DNA of 64,000 nucleotides from an uncultured Candidatus Saccharibacteria bacterium (GCA_964399865.1 CAYNRJ010000001.1:202050-266049); one strand, 5' to 3'; positions 16,523-24,132 are shown, counted from the stretch's first letter. Notes: generated by a model from the letters alone, not told the origin. Made by a program: numbers and translations.

Positions 16523-18187
16523 TTAATGAGGAGAATCCCTACGAGAATGATTACGGCTCCAATGCCTACCATGAGGAGTGCAGTCCACATGTTGGAAATT
16601 ATAGCATTCTTGGCTATACTGCGACCGATTCCCCGGTAGCGCAGCGGTAGCGCAGCTCGCTGTTAACGAGTTGGTCGTAGGTTCGAATCCTACCCGGGGA
16701 GCCCAGAGTTGGAGAGAGCCCGAAGAATCGGGATTTTGGCGCGCGGCGCGAAGCGCCGCGTAGGGAGGATGCGCCGTGCCGGAGAGTTTTTGATTTGTGA
16801 GTTGCAGGTTCGAGCCGAAGATTTTTTGAATTGCGGATTTTTTGGCGGGGAGAGAGGGGTCATTTTGGGTTTGGGCTAGGCTTTGCGCCTCGTGTATCCA
16901 CGAGCGCATAGGTTCGAGCCACGCACGGCCGTCGCGCTCCAAACGGGCTGCGTGCTCGCTTAAAGTCCGCTTGTCGGACATCAGCGCGCGACGCTTCGCC
17001 AAGTATGCGTCGCGCTCGATATCCTGCGCGATGTAGAGGTCTGTGAGGCGGTCAAGTTTGCGCTCGATGCTGTGCATCTGTTCGCGCAAGTCGCCGACCG
17101 CCTGCGAACTCGTGCGCCCTACGTCGCGCTCGTCCTCTTGCATACGACGCTCGAAATACTGCGCCCATTTGGGCGGCATGACAAAGAGTGCGAGGAGGTC
17201 GGAAACATCGGCGGCGAGCGCTTCTTCGCGGACGTAAGACTGCGAACAGCGTGCCGCCGACTTTTTCGTACAGCGATAGTAGGTGTAGCGGTGAGTATTG
17301 CCATTCTTTTGATGCTTCGTGCGCACTTCGGCCGTTATCGCCATCCCACACTCGCCGCAACGCAACACGCCGCAAAGCGCTTGCGGCTGTGTCGTGGTGG
17401 CCTGCGGGTGGCCGCGCTCGGCCATGACCTTTTGCACTTTGTCGAACAGGCGCTTATCCACGATGGGCGTATGTCGCCCCTCGTATAATTCGCCGCCATA
17501 GAGAAAATGGCCATAGTAAAAAGGATTGGCGAGAATGAAGCGCACGCGGTCGTTGTGTATGCGATTGCCGAACAAACTCCGCACGCCGTTGTCGTATAGA
17601 AACTGCCCGATATCTTCGAGGCGCGAATTGCCTCTGGCGTACAAATCAAAGGCGGCGCGGATTACTTTCGATTTCTTGCGGTCGAGCGTGATGCTCTTTG
17701 TGCGCGGGTCGTTGCGATACCCCGCCGGAGCCGTTCCGGGGAAATCGCCGCGCCGCGCTTTGGCGCGCAATCCTCGCGCAGTGTTGGCCGAAAGTTCACG
17801 TATGAATTGATTCGCCATCCCAAACTCTACCGACATCATCAGTACGTTGTCAGCGGGATAGTACGCGCGGTCGTGGGTTTGGATATGTGATATGACGCCG
17901 CTCTGCAAAAGCCACTGTATCTGGCCGCCGTCCACGGGATTGCGCGCGAGGCGGTCGATTTTCCAACACACAATGCCCTGCGCCTCGCCTTTCTGTACCC
18001 GCGCCATCATCTCGTTGAACACGGGACGGCCCGGCTGTTTCGCCGAGCGCTTTTCTACAAACTCCTCGGCAATTTCGAGCCCCTCCCGCCGCGCGAGTGT
18101 GCGCAATTCCGACAACTGCGCCTCGATAGAGAGCACCTGCTTGTCCTCGACATCGGTACTTTTGCGGGCGTAGAGAAAGAAACGCAT
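16523..18187 (-). CDS. large serine recombinase (resolvase N-domain + recombinase domain + zinc ribbon + coiled coil)
   Basis: N-terminus YARKST...S catalytic region, zinc-ribbon motif CGECG...YYRC, and a coiled-coil tail; high GC. The last ~55 codons run antisense through tRNA-Asn, so the true C-terminus probably lies upstream of 16701. Confidence 0.88.
   Translation of the reverse strand: MRFFLYARKSTDVEDKQVLSIEAQLSELRTLARREGLEIAEEFVEKRSAKQPGRPVFNEMMARVQKGEAQGIVCWKIDRLARNPVDGGQIQWLLQSGVISHIQTHDRAYYPADNVLMMSVEFGMANQFIRELSANTARGLRAKARRGDFPGTAPAGYRNDPRTKSITLDRKKSKVIRAAFDLYARGNSRLEDIGQFLYDNGVRSLFGNRIHNDRVRFILANPFYYGHFLYGGELYEGRHTPIVDKRLFDKVQKVMAERGHPQATTTQPQALCGVLRCGECGMAITAEVRTKHQKNGNTHRYTYYRCTKKSAARCSQSYVREEALAADVSDLLALFVMPPKWAQYFERRMQEDERDVGRTSSQAVGDLREQMHSIERKLDRLTDLYIAQDIERDAYLAKRRALMSDKRTLSEHAARLERDGRAWLEPMRSWIHEAQSLAQTQNDPSLPAKKSAIQKIFGSNLQLTNQKLSGTAHPPYAALRAARQNPDSSGSLQLWAPRVGFEPTTNSLTASCATAALPGNRSQYSQECYNFQHVDCTPHGRHWSRNHSRRDSPH
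16630..16701 (+). tRNA. tRNA-Asn (anticodon GTT)
   Basis: Manual fold: acceptor TCCCCGG/CCGGGGA (U1:A72), D-arm GCGC/GCGC, anticodon stem GCTCG/CGAGT with loop CTGTTAA, T-arm GTAGG-TTCGAAT-CCTAC, discriminator G. The 3' tail is GCCCA (imperfect CCA). Confidence 0.85.
16685..16703. repeat. attL core: 19-bp GAATCCTACCCGGGGAGCC at the tRNA-Asn 3' end
   Basis: An exact 19-bp direct repeat of 23520-23538. Confidence 0.75.
16702..16876. repeat. repeat A (~175 bp), inverted copy at 19425-19599
   Basis: Reverse complement of 16702-16800 matches 19500-19599 with a few mismatches. The match continues more loosely to ~16876 and 19425. Confidence 0.7.
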
Positions 18188-18221
18188 AAGTTGTATTATA
18201 CAGTCGTCCGAGATTCAAATT

Positions 18222-19031
18222 ATGAGAACTATCCGCATATATTCAGACGAGAGCAGGCACAAAAACGAGCGCTTTTTGCTCCTTGCCGGACTATGGGTAC
18301 CGGAAGAAAATGTGCAGGTTGTGGAGGATGGGATACGAGCACTCCGCAAAAAGCATGGATATACAAACTCGGCGGGCAAGAAGATAGATTTTCTCGGCGA
18401 ATTCAAATGGACGAAAGCATCCGACAAGTACCTGCCAGTCTATAAAGAATTGGTTGATTTGTTTTTTGATTGGACTAACGAAGACGTGCTGCGCTCGTGC
18501 ACAATGCTTGTGGATACGCATGATCCGATGGTAGTAGAACACAGCAACATCAAGAAGGAGGGGTACTTCAAACTACTCTACCAACTCTACTACCACAACT
18601 CGCATATTCCTGCGATATATAAAATCTTTCCCGACCGCATTACTAATCCGACCCAGCGGAGAGTCAACTTCGAGACGCTCGACAAGTGCCTAGAGGTAGC
18701 ATTTCATAAGAAATTTACCCCGCTGCTTAATCCAGCTGATCGCCCTGGCATTCGTGGCTTTGTAAACAACATTACCCCGACCGACTCCAAGATGACGCCG
18801 TTCATCCAGCTACTCGACGTGATTATGGGAGCTCTTGGTTATTTACAAAACGGGTTATTTAGAAAGCCGGACGCGAAGAAAGCGAAGGTTGAGCTGATGA
18901 AGTATATCTTCGAAAAAATTGCCCTCTCGGGAGCGATAAAAATATCAGGGAAATCCTACTATGTTGCAAAGTCTACCAAGTTTAATATTTGGCTCTTTCG
19001 TCCGAGAAACAAAAAAGGCCCTCAAAAATGA
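18222..19031 (+). CDS. hypothetical protein, DUF3800-like (IRIYSDES N-terminal motif)
   Basis: 269-aa ORF divergent from the recombinase gene with a 35-bp spacer. The N-terminal I-Y-x-DES motif resembles DUF3800. Family assignment is from memory. Confidence 0.55.
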   Translation: MRTIRIYSDESRHKNERFLLLAGLWVPEENVQVVEDGIRALRKKHGYTNSAGKKIDFLGEFKWTKASDKYLPVYKELVDLFFDWTNEDVLRSCTMLVDTHDPMVVEHSNIKKEGYFKLLYQLYYHNSHIPAIYKIFPDRITNPTQRRVNFETLDKCLEVAFHKKFTPLLNPADRPGIRGFVNNITPTDSKMTPFIQLLDVIMGALGYLQNGLFRKPDAKKAKVELMKYIFEKIALSGAIKISGKSYYVAKSTKFNIWLFRPRNKKGPQK

Positions 19032-19214
19032 GAGCCGTTTTTGTGGAGTCCTGGGAGCTGGGTCAGTGCCCGGTGCGACGTAAGTCGCAGGAGACGTCAC
19101 CCAGTAACTCCAAGTTAAAGATACCAGTAATCTGATGAAGAATCAATGATATCCACATTCCTAGAATATCCTTATCTAGCAAGCTAAAAACGAGATTTTT
19201 GTAAAATTGTTAGT

Positions 19215-19256
19215 TGAAATTGGATATGCTGCCTGCAGGCAGCATATCCAATTTCA
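19215..19256. repeat. 42-bp perfect palindrome centred on CTGCAG
   Basis: TGAAATTGGATATGCTGCCTGCAGGCAGCATATCCAATTTCA is fully self-complementary. Confidence 0.85.
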
Positions 19257-19424
19257 TGTGCGGAGTCAATGAAATTAGCACCAAAAATTGCACTCCGAGC
19301 AAGAATTTTGAGGAAATTGAGATCGATGATGTGTTGGAAAACATACGAATACTCTTGAATTATATCAAAAAGCGTAGGGAGTTGCAGTCGCGTGCGCGCA
19401 TGGGTGGGTGGGGCAAGCACGCAT

Positions 19425-19599
19425 GGGTTCTGGGGCCCCTCTCTCCCCGCCAAAAAATCTGCATTTGCATTTCTTCAAAAAATCTTCGGCTTGAATTTGC
19501 ATCCCGCATCAAAAATCTTCCGGCACGGCGCATCCTCTCTACGCGGCGCTTCGCGCCGCGCGCCAAAATCCCGATTCTTCGGGCTCTCTCCAACTCTGG
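19425..19599. repeat. repeat A-prime (inverted copy of 16702-16876)
   Basis: See repeat A; contiguous with IR-L. Confidence 0.7.
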
Positions 19600-19748
19600 G
19601 CTCATCTCTACGAATTCGCTCGAACCTATTTTACTCTGAATTCCTGATGTTCGCGCGCCTTCGGCGCGCTCTCCCTCGCCCCGCCGCTTCTCATGCACTA
19701 TTTATTTTCGCGGGGGTGGGTTCCAAAAAGGAATGGGCGGCGGCGCGA
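19600..19748. repeat. IR-L, ~150-bp inverted repeat (partner 22802-22949)
   Basis: GCTCATCTCTACGAATTCGCTCGAACC...AAAAAGGAATGGGCGGCGG is near-identical to the reverse complement of 22802-22949. Confidence 0.85.
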
Positions 19749-19883
19749 GGGATATTCAAAATAGTATCCAAAGTTATCCACTTTTCAGAACTGTTCACTC
19801 TCGAGAACAAGATATACAATAAGCGTCCGTCTGAGTACCTCCACGTCTTTGCAGCCGGATTTATAGGCTTAATAAGGAAAAGT

Positions 19884-20255
19884 ATGGAATTACCACAAAA
19901 AGTCGTGGACATTCTTTTGAATGCGGACAGCAAAGCGCTCGCAACCACGGGACCGGAGGGACTCAATGTTGTCCCGGTCTCAACCATCACTCTCGTCGAT
20001 GATAAAATATGGCTCATGAATTACTTCTTTAAAAAAACACTTGCGAACATTCTCGCCGAGCCTTCCGTGTCGCTCGTCGGTTGGAAGGGATTTGAGGGAT
20101 ACCAAATACAAGGGCGCGTGGAGTACTGCGACAAAGGCGCTACATTCGAAGAGGCGCGGCAGTGGGTTAAAGAGCGACTTCCGGACCGGGTCTTGAAAGG
20201 ACTTCTCATCATGACGCCGCAGAACGTACACGACGTCTCTCCTACCGCTGCCTAA
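19884..20255 (+). CDS. PNPOx-like FMN-binding split-barrel protein (pyridoxamine 5'-phosphate oxidase family)
   Basis: 123 aa from ATG at 19884 with an AAGGAAA Shine-Dalgarno sequence. The upstream part of ORF 19392-20255 is translated repeat sequence and is rejected. Confidence 0.7.
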   Translation: MELPQKVVDILLNADSKALATTGPEGLNVVPVSTITLVDDKIWLMNYFFKKTLANILAEPSVSLVGWKGFEGYQIQGRVEYCDKGATFEEARQWVKERLPDRVLKGLLIMTPQNVHDVSPTAA

Positions 20256-20261
20256 GTAATT

Positions 20262-20963
20262 ATGAATGCACAGCTCCACGAATACCAAGTGCTTGCTAAG
20301 CGGCTCGAGACGCCAAGTACCTCTACACTAAAACTGCGGCGGCTTAATGGCTCTATTCCAAAATTCCGTGCAGGTCAATACATCACAGTCTACTTTCCCG
20401 ACATTGACCCCGTGCTTGGCAAAGAGTATACGATCTCAAGTTCACCGAGAGAAGAGGAATTCAACATTACCGTCAAAGCAATCGGTAGATACTCGAAGCG
20501 GTTGTGTTCGCTCAATGCAGGTGACACGTTTCTTGCTTCAGGGGCACAGGGGCGTTTCTACCCAGAAGATACTCATTCTGTCTGCATGATAGCAGGCGGT
20601 ATGGGCGTAACACCGTTCCGGAGCATCATACTTGAAACGACGCGGAGTAAATGCCGCGGCGATATACAGCTCTTGTATAGTGGACGATATTCCTTCGACA
20701 TGCCCTTTAGCGAAGAACTCTACCGCATTTCTTGCAAACTACCTTCATTTAAATTTAGGCGATTTGTTACGCGAGACGCAGCGATTCCAAGGGGCGCAAA
20801 GAGCCATCGAATGCGCGCCGAGGATGTTCTCGATACAAAAGAGAGTACAATGTCGCGCGAATACCTTATCAGTGGCTCTCTCGCGTTCGTCTGTGATGTA
20901 AAAGGATTGTTATCTTCTATCTCTGTACCCTCGGAGCGTATTCTTACAGAAGTATGTTTCTAA
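20262..20963 (+). CDS. ferredoxin-NADP reductase-like FAD/NAD(P)H-binding oxidoreductase
   Basis: FAD-binding RAGQYITV-like motif and NAD(P)-binding GGMGVTP motif; 233 aa. Overlaps the nirK start by 10 nt. Confidence 0.7.
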   Translation: MNAQLHEYQVLAKRLETPSTSTLKLRRLNGSIPKFRAGQYITVYFPDIDPVLGKEYTISSSPREEEFNITVKAIGRYSKRLCSLNAGDTFLASGAQGRFYPEDTHSVCMIAGGMGVTPFRSIILETTRSKCRGDIQLLYSGRYSFDMPFSEELYRISCKLPSFKFRRFVTRDAAIPRGAKSHRMRAEDVLDTKESTMSREYLISGSLAFVCDVKGLLSSISVPSERILTEVCF

Positions 20964-22312
20964 AAATCAGTACAGGTGTTGCCGTGTTTGCTATCTTAGG
21001 TATGGGTGTCGTAATTTCGTATTTTGGACTTGAAAATCTCATTACCTTCTTCCCTTTCATCTACTATTCAGTGATACAGGGCATTGCTATCACGGTTGCA
21101 GTGGTCGCCCTTTCCTTTTTTGTGCTTCGCGTTGTGTACCGCATGCACTCGAAACTCCTCGCAATCACGCTTGGCGTGATTGTTGTAGCGGGACTTCTCT
21201 ATATGTGGGCGGACAAAACGTACTCCCCGCACTTTGCGATGCCAGCTTTTATGCACGTCTATCATCCGGGAGGACACCTCCCCGATTTGCCGTTCAAGAA
21301 TGTCGTCACATTCATCAAAAACTTCAGGAATTTCGAGTATGTAGACGATATCGGCGCAGACCCGAACGATGTGCCGCCGCCAATTACCCGCAATTGGAGC
21401 GAGACAGTAAAGATTTCTTTCACCGCGCAAGAAGTGATTGCAGAGGTTGCAGAAGGTGTGTATTTCAACTACTGGACGTTTAATAAGCAAGTGCCGGGTC
21501 CAATGCTTCGAGTGCGCGAAGGTGACACTATAGAAATGACTATCACCAACCATCCGTCAAGCCTCCATCCGCATAATATCGACCTTCACGCAGTTACTGG
21601 TCCTGGAGGTGGCGCGACACTTTCGCGTGTCGAGCCGGGAGAAACAAAGGGGTTCACGTGGAAAGCGCTTCAGCCTGGTCTCTACATTTACCATTGCGCG
21701 ACGCCAAATGTGAGCACACATAACTCGCATGGGCAGTATGGTCTCATTCTTGTTGAGCCGAAGGAAGGACTTCCGCCTGTTGATAAAGAATTTTACCTTG
21801 TGCAGGGAGAACTCTACACGAAAGGTGCGATCGGAAAGAAGGGACTTACCATATTCGACGGCAATGCGCTTCTCGACGGGCTGCCGAACTACGTGACGTT
21901 CAACGGTCGTATTGAAACAGATGGCAATCCCCGCATGAAAGTGAATACGGGAGACAAAGTGCGCATTTTCGTCGGCAACGGCGGCGTCAATCTCATCTCT
22001 AGTTTCCACCCCATCGGCGAGATATGGGACTCCGTGTATCCGGAGGGCGGCATTGGCGGTCCTATAAACAAAAATATCCAAACGACCGCAGTTCTTCCGG
22101 GTGGAGCAAGTATTGTTGAATTTGTTGCGGAAGTGCCGGGAAACATTGTACTTGTTGACCACGCGCTTGCTCGCATGAACAAAGGAGCATGGGCAATTAT
22201 TGAAGTTGAGGGTAGTCCTCGTCCGGATATCTATGCGCCAACCGACGGGTTTGAGGGGTCTTCAGAATCGTATGGTACTGAAGCGACGCACGAAAAATCG
22301 CATCAGAAATAG
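20954..22312 (+). CDS. nirK: copper-containing nitrite reductase (NirK-type two-domain cupredoxin) with N-terminal 3-TM anchor
   Basis: HNIDLHAVTG (type-2 Cu His pair), YIYHCATP...H (type-1 Cu Cys/His) and C-terminal VDHALARM (His306-like). About 100 N-terminal residues form three hydrophobic helices. Confidence 0.85.
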   Translation: MFLKISTGVAVFAILGMGVVISYFGLENLITFFPFIYYSVIQGIAITVAVVALSFFVLRVVYRMHSKLLAITLGVIVVAGLLYMWADKTYSPHFAMPAFMHVYHPGGHLPDLPFKNVVTFIKNFRNFEYVDDIGADPNDVPPPITRNWSETVKISFTAQEVIAEVAEGVYFNYWTFNKQVPGPMLRVREGDTIEMTITNHPSSLHPHNIDLHAVTGPGGGATLSRVEPGETKGFTWKALQPGLYIYHCATPNVSTHNSHGQYGLILVEPKEGLPPVDKEFYLVQGELYTKGAIGKKGLTIFDGNALLDGLPNYVTFNGRIETDGNPRMKVNTGDKVRIFVGNGGVNLISSFHPIGEIWDSVYPEGGIGGPINKNIQTTAVLPGGASIVEFVAEVPGNIVLVDHALARMNKGAWAIIEVEGSPRPDIYAPTDGFEGSSESYGTEATHEKSHQK

Positions 22313-22801
22313 GGAGCCCGCCGCGAATCCTCTCTGCCTCTCGCGGCGGTTTGTGCGCGCACGGGACGGGTGGGGCAAGCACAAGGCCAGACAGAGCCGA
22401 GGTGCATTTCCGCTAGGGCGTCCACGCCCTTGGATGAGCGCCGCCGTTCTCTTGCAAAACAGAATCAAGAATCTTGAGAAAGACGCGGACATGAAAACGA
22501 GGATGGGGGTTGGCGACGACGGTTGGCCGAGCCCTGCCCAGCTCTGCTGGGTGCGCCGCGAAGCGGACGCACGAGGCGAGGAGGAGCTGGGGGGAGGAAC
22601 CCTTTCTCCCCCCAAACAGATGCGTGCCCGAGCCAGCCGCCCGCAGGCGGCACTGGTGAGGAAAAGCACGCTACCTAGACATCTAGGCGCGAGTAGCCCT
22701 AGCGGAAATGTCCGAGGCGGATGCCGAGGATGGACCCCATGGGCTGGACGCATACCATGGCGGTATGAACGAAGGCACCATATTGGATTTGTATTTACCT
22801 C

Positions 22802-22949
22802 GCCCCGCCGCCCATTCCTTTTTGGAACCCACCCCCGCGAAAATAAATAGTGCATGAGAAGCGGCGGGGCGAGGGAGAGCGCGCCGAAGGCGCGCGAACA
22901 TCAGGAATTCAGAGTAAAATAGGTTCGAGCGAATTCGTAGAGATGAGCT
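22802..22949. repeat. IR-R (inverted copy of IR-L)
   Basis: See IR-L. Confidence 0.85.
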
Positions 22950-22983
22950 GACAAGGTTTGAAAAAAGTGTCATAGTTTCTCTT

Positions 22984-23415
22984 ATGTCGCAGAGGTTTGT
23001 TACGCTGATAATTAACTACTCGGCACTATATATTCCAATAGTCGGAGTCCTTCTGTTTTCAGAGCAAGGAAATTTCATACTTATATTCTCAATTTGCTAT
23101 TGGGCAATAATGCTTCCGATGTTCTTGCTGGATTATTTCGGGTCCAGCATCAAACTTGCTGAGGATAGGCTAATTGGCCATTTTTATTTCCTCTTTAAGG
23201 TTTCTGTGCCGTTGGACAAGATTATTTCTATTGAGAATGGCTACGCGCCAGGCATATTGGGGAGGCCAGCGAGCGTCGTTGTTAAGTATCGCAAAGGATC
23301 TAAGGAGGTGCGCTGGGATATGCTACGAGAGGATTACACCGACGAAGCGCTGAGAGATTTTTTAGGGCGACTAGCAACAAAGCGAACGGATCTACACATA
23401 CCTAATCTTACATAA
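22984..23415 (+). CDS. hypothetical membrane protein
   Basis: 143 aa with two N-terminal TM helices; AT-rich, unlike the adjacent IR. Confidence 0.4.
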   Translation: MSQRFVTLIINYSALYIPIVGVLLFSEQGNFILIFSICYWAIMLPMFLLDYFGSSIKLAEDRLIGHFYFLFKVSVPLDKIISIENGYAPGILGRPASVVVKYRKGSKEVRWDMLREDYTDEALRDFLGRLATKRTDLHIPNLT

Positions 23416-23519
23416 TTCAGTTCCAATCTCGTCCCATACGCGGAGCTTCAAAATATACAGACGTGCCGAATGGGACGTTTTGCATTTTTGACCCCGAGTG
23501 GATTCAAATCATTGTGTGA

Positions 23520-23538
23520 GAATCCTACCCGGGGAGCC
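23520..23538. repeat. attR core: displaced ancestral tRNA-Asn 3' end (encodes ...CCGGGGAGCCA)
   Basis: Exact 19-bp repeat of 16685-16703. Here it is followed by A, completing CCA, and then by a terminator. Confidence 0.75.
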
Positions 23539-23546
23539 ATCAAAAT

Positions 23547-23572
23547 GACCTTGTTTTGCAAGGTCTTTTTTG
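23547..23572 (+). terminator. intrinsic terminator following the displaced tRNA-Asn 3' end
   Basis: GACCTTG-TTTTG-CAAGGTC followed by TTTTTTG. Confidence 0.6.
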
Positions 23573-23595
23573 TATGACCCTGATAGGGTTCGGAA

Positions 23596-24132
23596 CTACA
23601 TCAATACATCCAAAACTTTTTTTATGTTTTTTTCTCGTGTCGCTTCCTTCTTAGAATTGAGCAAAGTCTCTAAATACATCCTCTTATTACTTCTACTGAG
23701 AGCTTCCCATTTCTCTTCCAATTTGAGTTTTCGTAACACTATTCTTAAATCTCTTGGCAAAATTAGATTTTCAACTTCATTTAAAGCATCCCACATGCCA
23801 GTCTTTTTTGCGGAAGCAACAACAGCAAGACCAGAAGGTTGCATTTTTCTCTCTTTAACAAGACGCTTGATATTCTCTTTATTTACCCTGCTCCATTTAC
23901 TCTTAGGGTTTCTTGGAGAAATTCGTATCTTTGTCTTAGTATCGTCTACTTTTCCAACCACACTATCAACCCAACCAAAACACAGACAATAATCTACGAT
24001 TGTCTGTTTAGCTAAATCACCTAACTTTAAGCTAGGTTTGTAATACACAAGCCAGATACTTTTATTCTCCTTATGGTTTTTCTGCAACCAATTCCATAAG
24101 TCTTTTTTATTTTTACAGAGCACTTCTTCCAT
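23596..24132 (-). CDS. YdeI/OmpD-associated family protein
   Basis: C-terminal region ISPRNPKSKWSRVNKENIKRL...SRSNKRMYLETLLNSKK matches that family. The start is chosen at the internal MEEVL. Confidence 0.55.
   Translation of the reverse strand: MEEVLCKNKKDLWNWLQKNHKENKSIWLVYYKPSLKLGDLAKQTIVDYCLCFGWVDSVVGKVDDTKTKIRISPRNPKSKWSRVNKENIKRLVKERKMQPSGLAVVASAKKTGMWDALNEVENLILPRDLRIVLRKLKLEEKWEALSRSNKRMYLETLLNSKKEATREKNIKKVLDVLM

Larger units (their letters stand above)
16702..23538. mobile_element. ~6.8-kb integrated island at tRNA-Asn (serine recombinase, DUF3800-like gene, IR-flanked nirK cassette, one hypothetical)
   Basis: The boundaries are 19-bp direct repeats of the tRNA 3' end. A recombinase gene abuts the tRNA, GC content is elevated over large parts, and the ancestral tRNA 3' end plus terminator is retained at the right end. 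Confidence 0.6.

Noticed and set aside
16523-16701. C-terminal ~55 codons of the serine recombinase ORF
   Set aside because: This part reads antisense through tRNA-Asn (…VGFEPTTNSLTASCATAALPG…). The real stop is probably near the tRNA 3' end. I kept the ORF coordinates and flagged the uncertainty.
16842-18218. Many 60-140-aa ORFs on both strands within the recombinase gene
   Set aside because: They are GC-rich shadow ORFs nested in a gene with clear full-length recombinase homology.
19214-19883. N-terminal 164 codons of ORF 19392-20255 and overlapping ORFs 19214-19639 (+) and 19360-19698 (-)
   Set aside because: They are a translation of the A-prime/IR-L repeat DNA. The same peptide (…SSLRIRSNLFYSEFLMFARLRRALPRPAASHALFIFAGVGSKKEWAA…) reappears from the inverted IR-R copy (ORF 22683-22973). 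The real gene starts at 19884, which has a Shine-Dalgarno sequence.
21068-22182. Minus-strand ORFs of 97-201 aa inside nirK
   Set aside because: They are shadow ORFs within a gene that carries diagnostic copper-site motifs.
22200-22973. 216-aa and 197-aa Arg-rich ORFs on opposite strands after nirK
   Set aside because: They overlap each other, are Arg/Gly/Pro-biased as expected from GC-rich non-coding DNA, and run into the inverted repeat.
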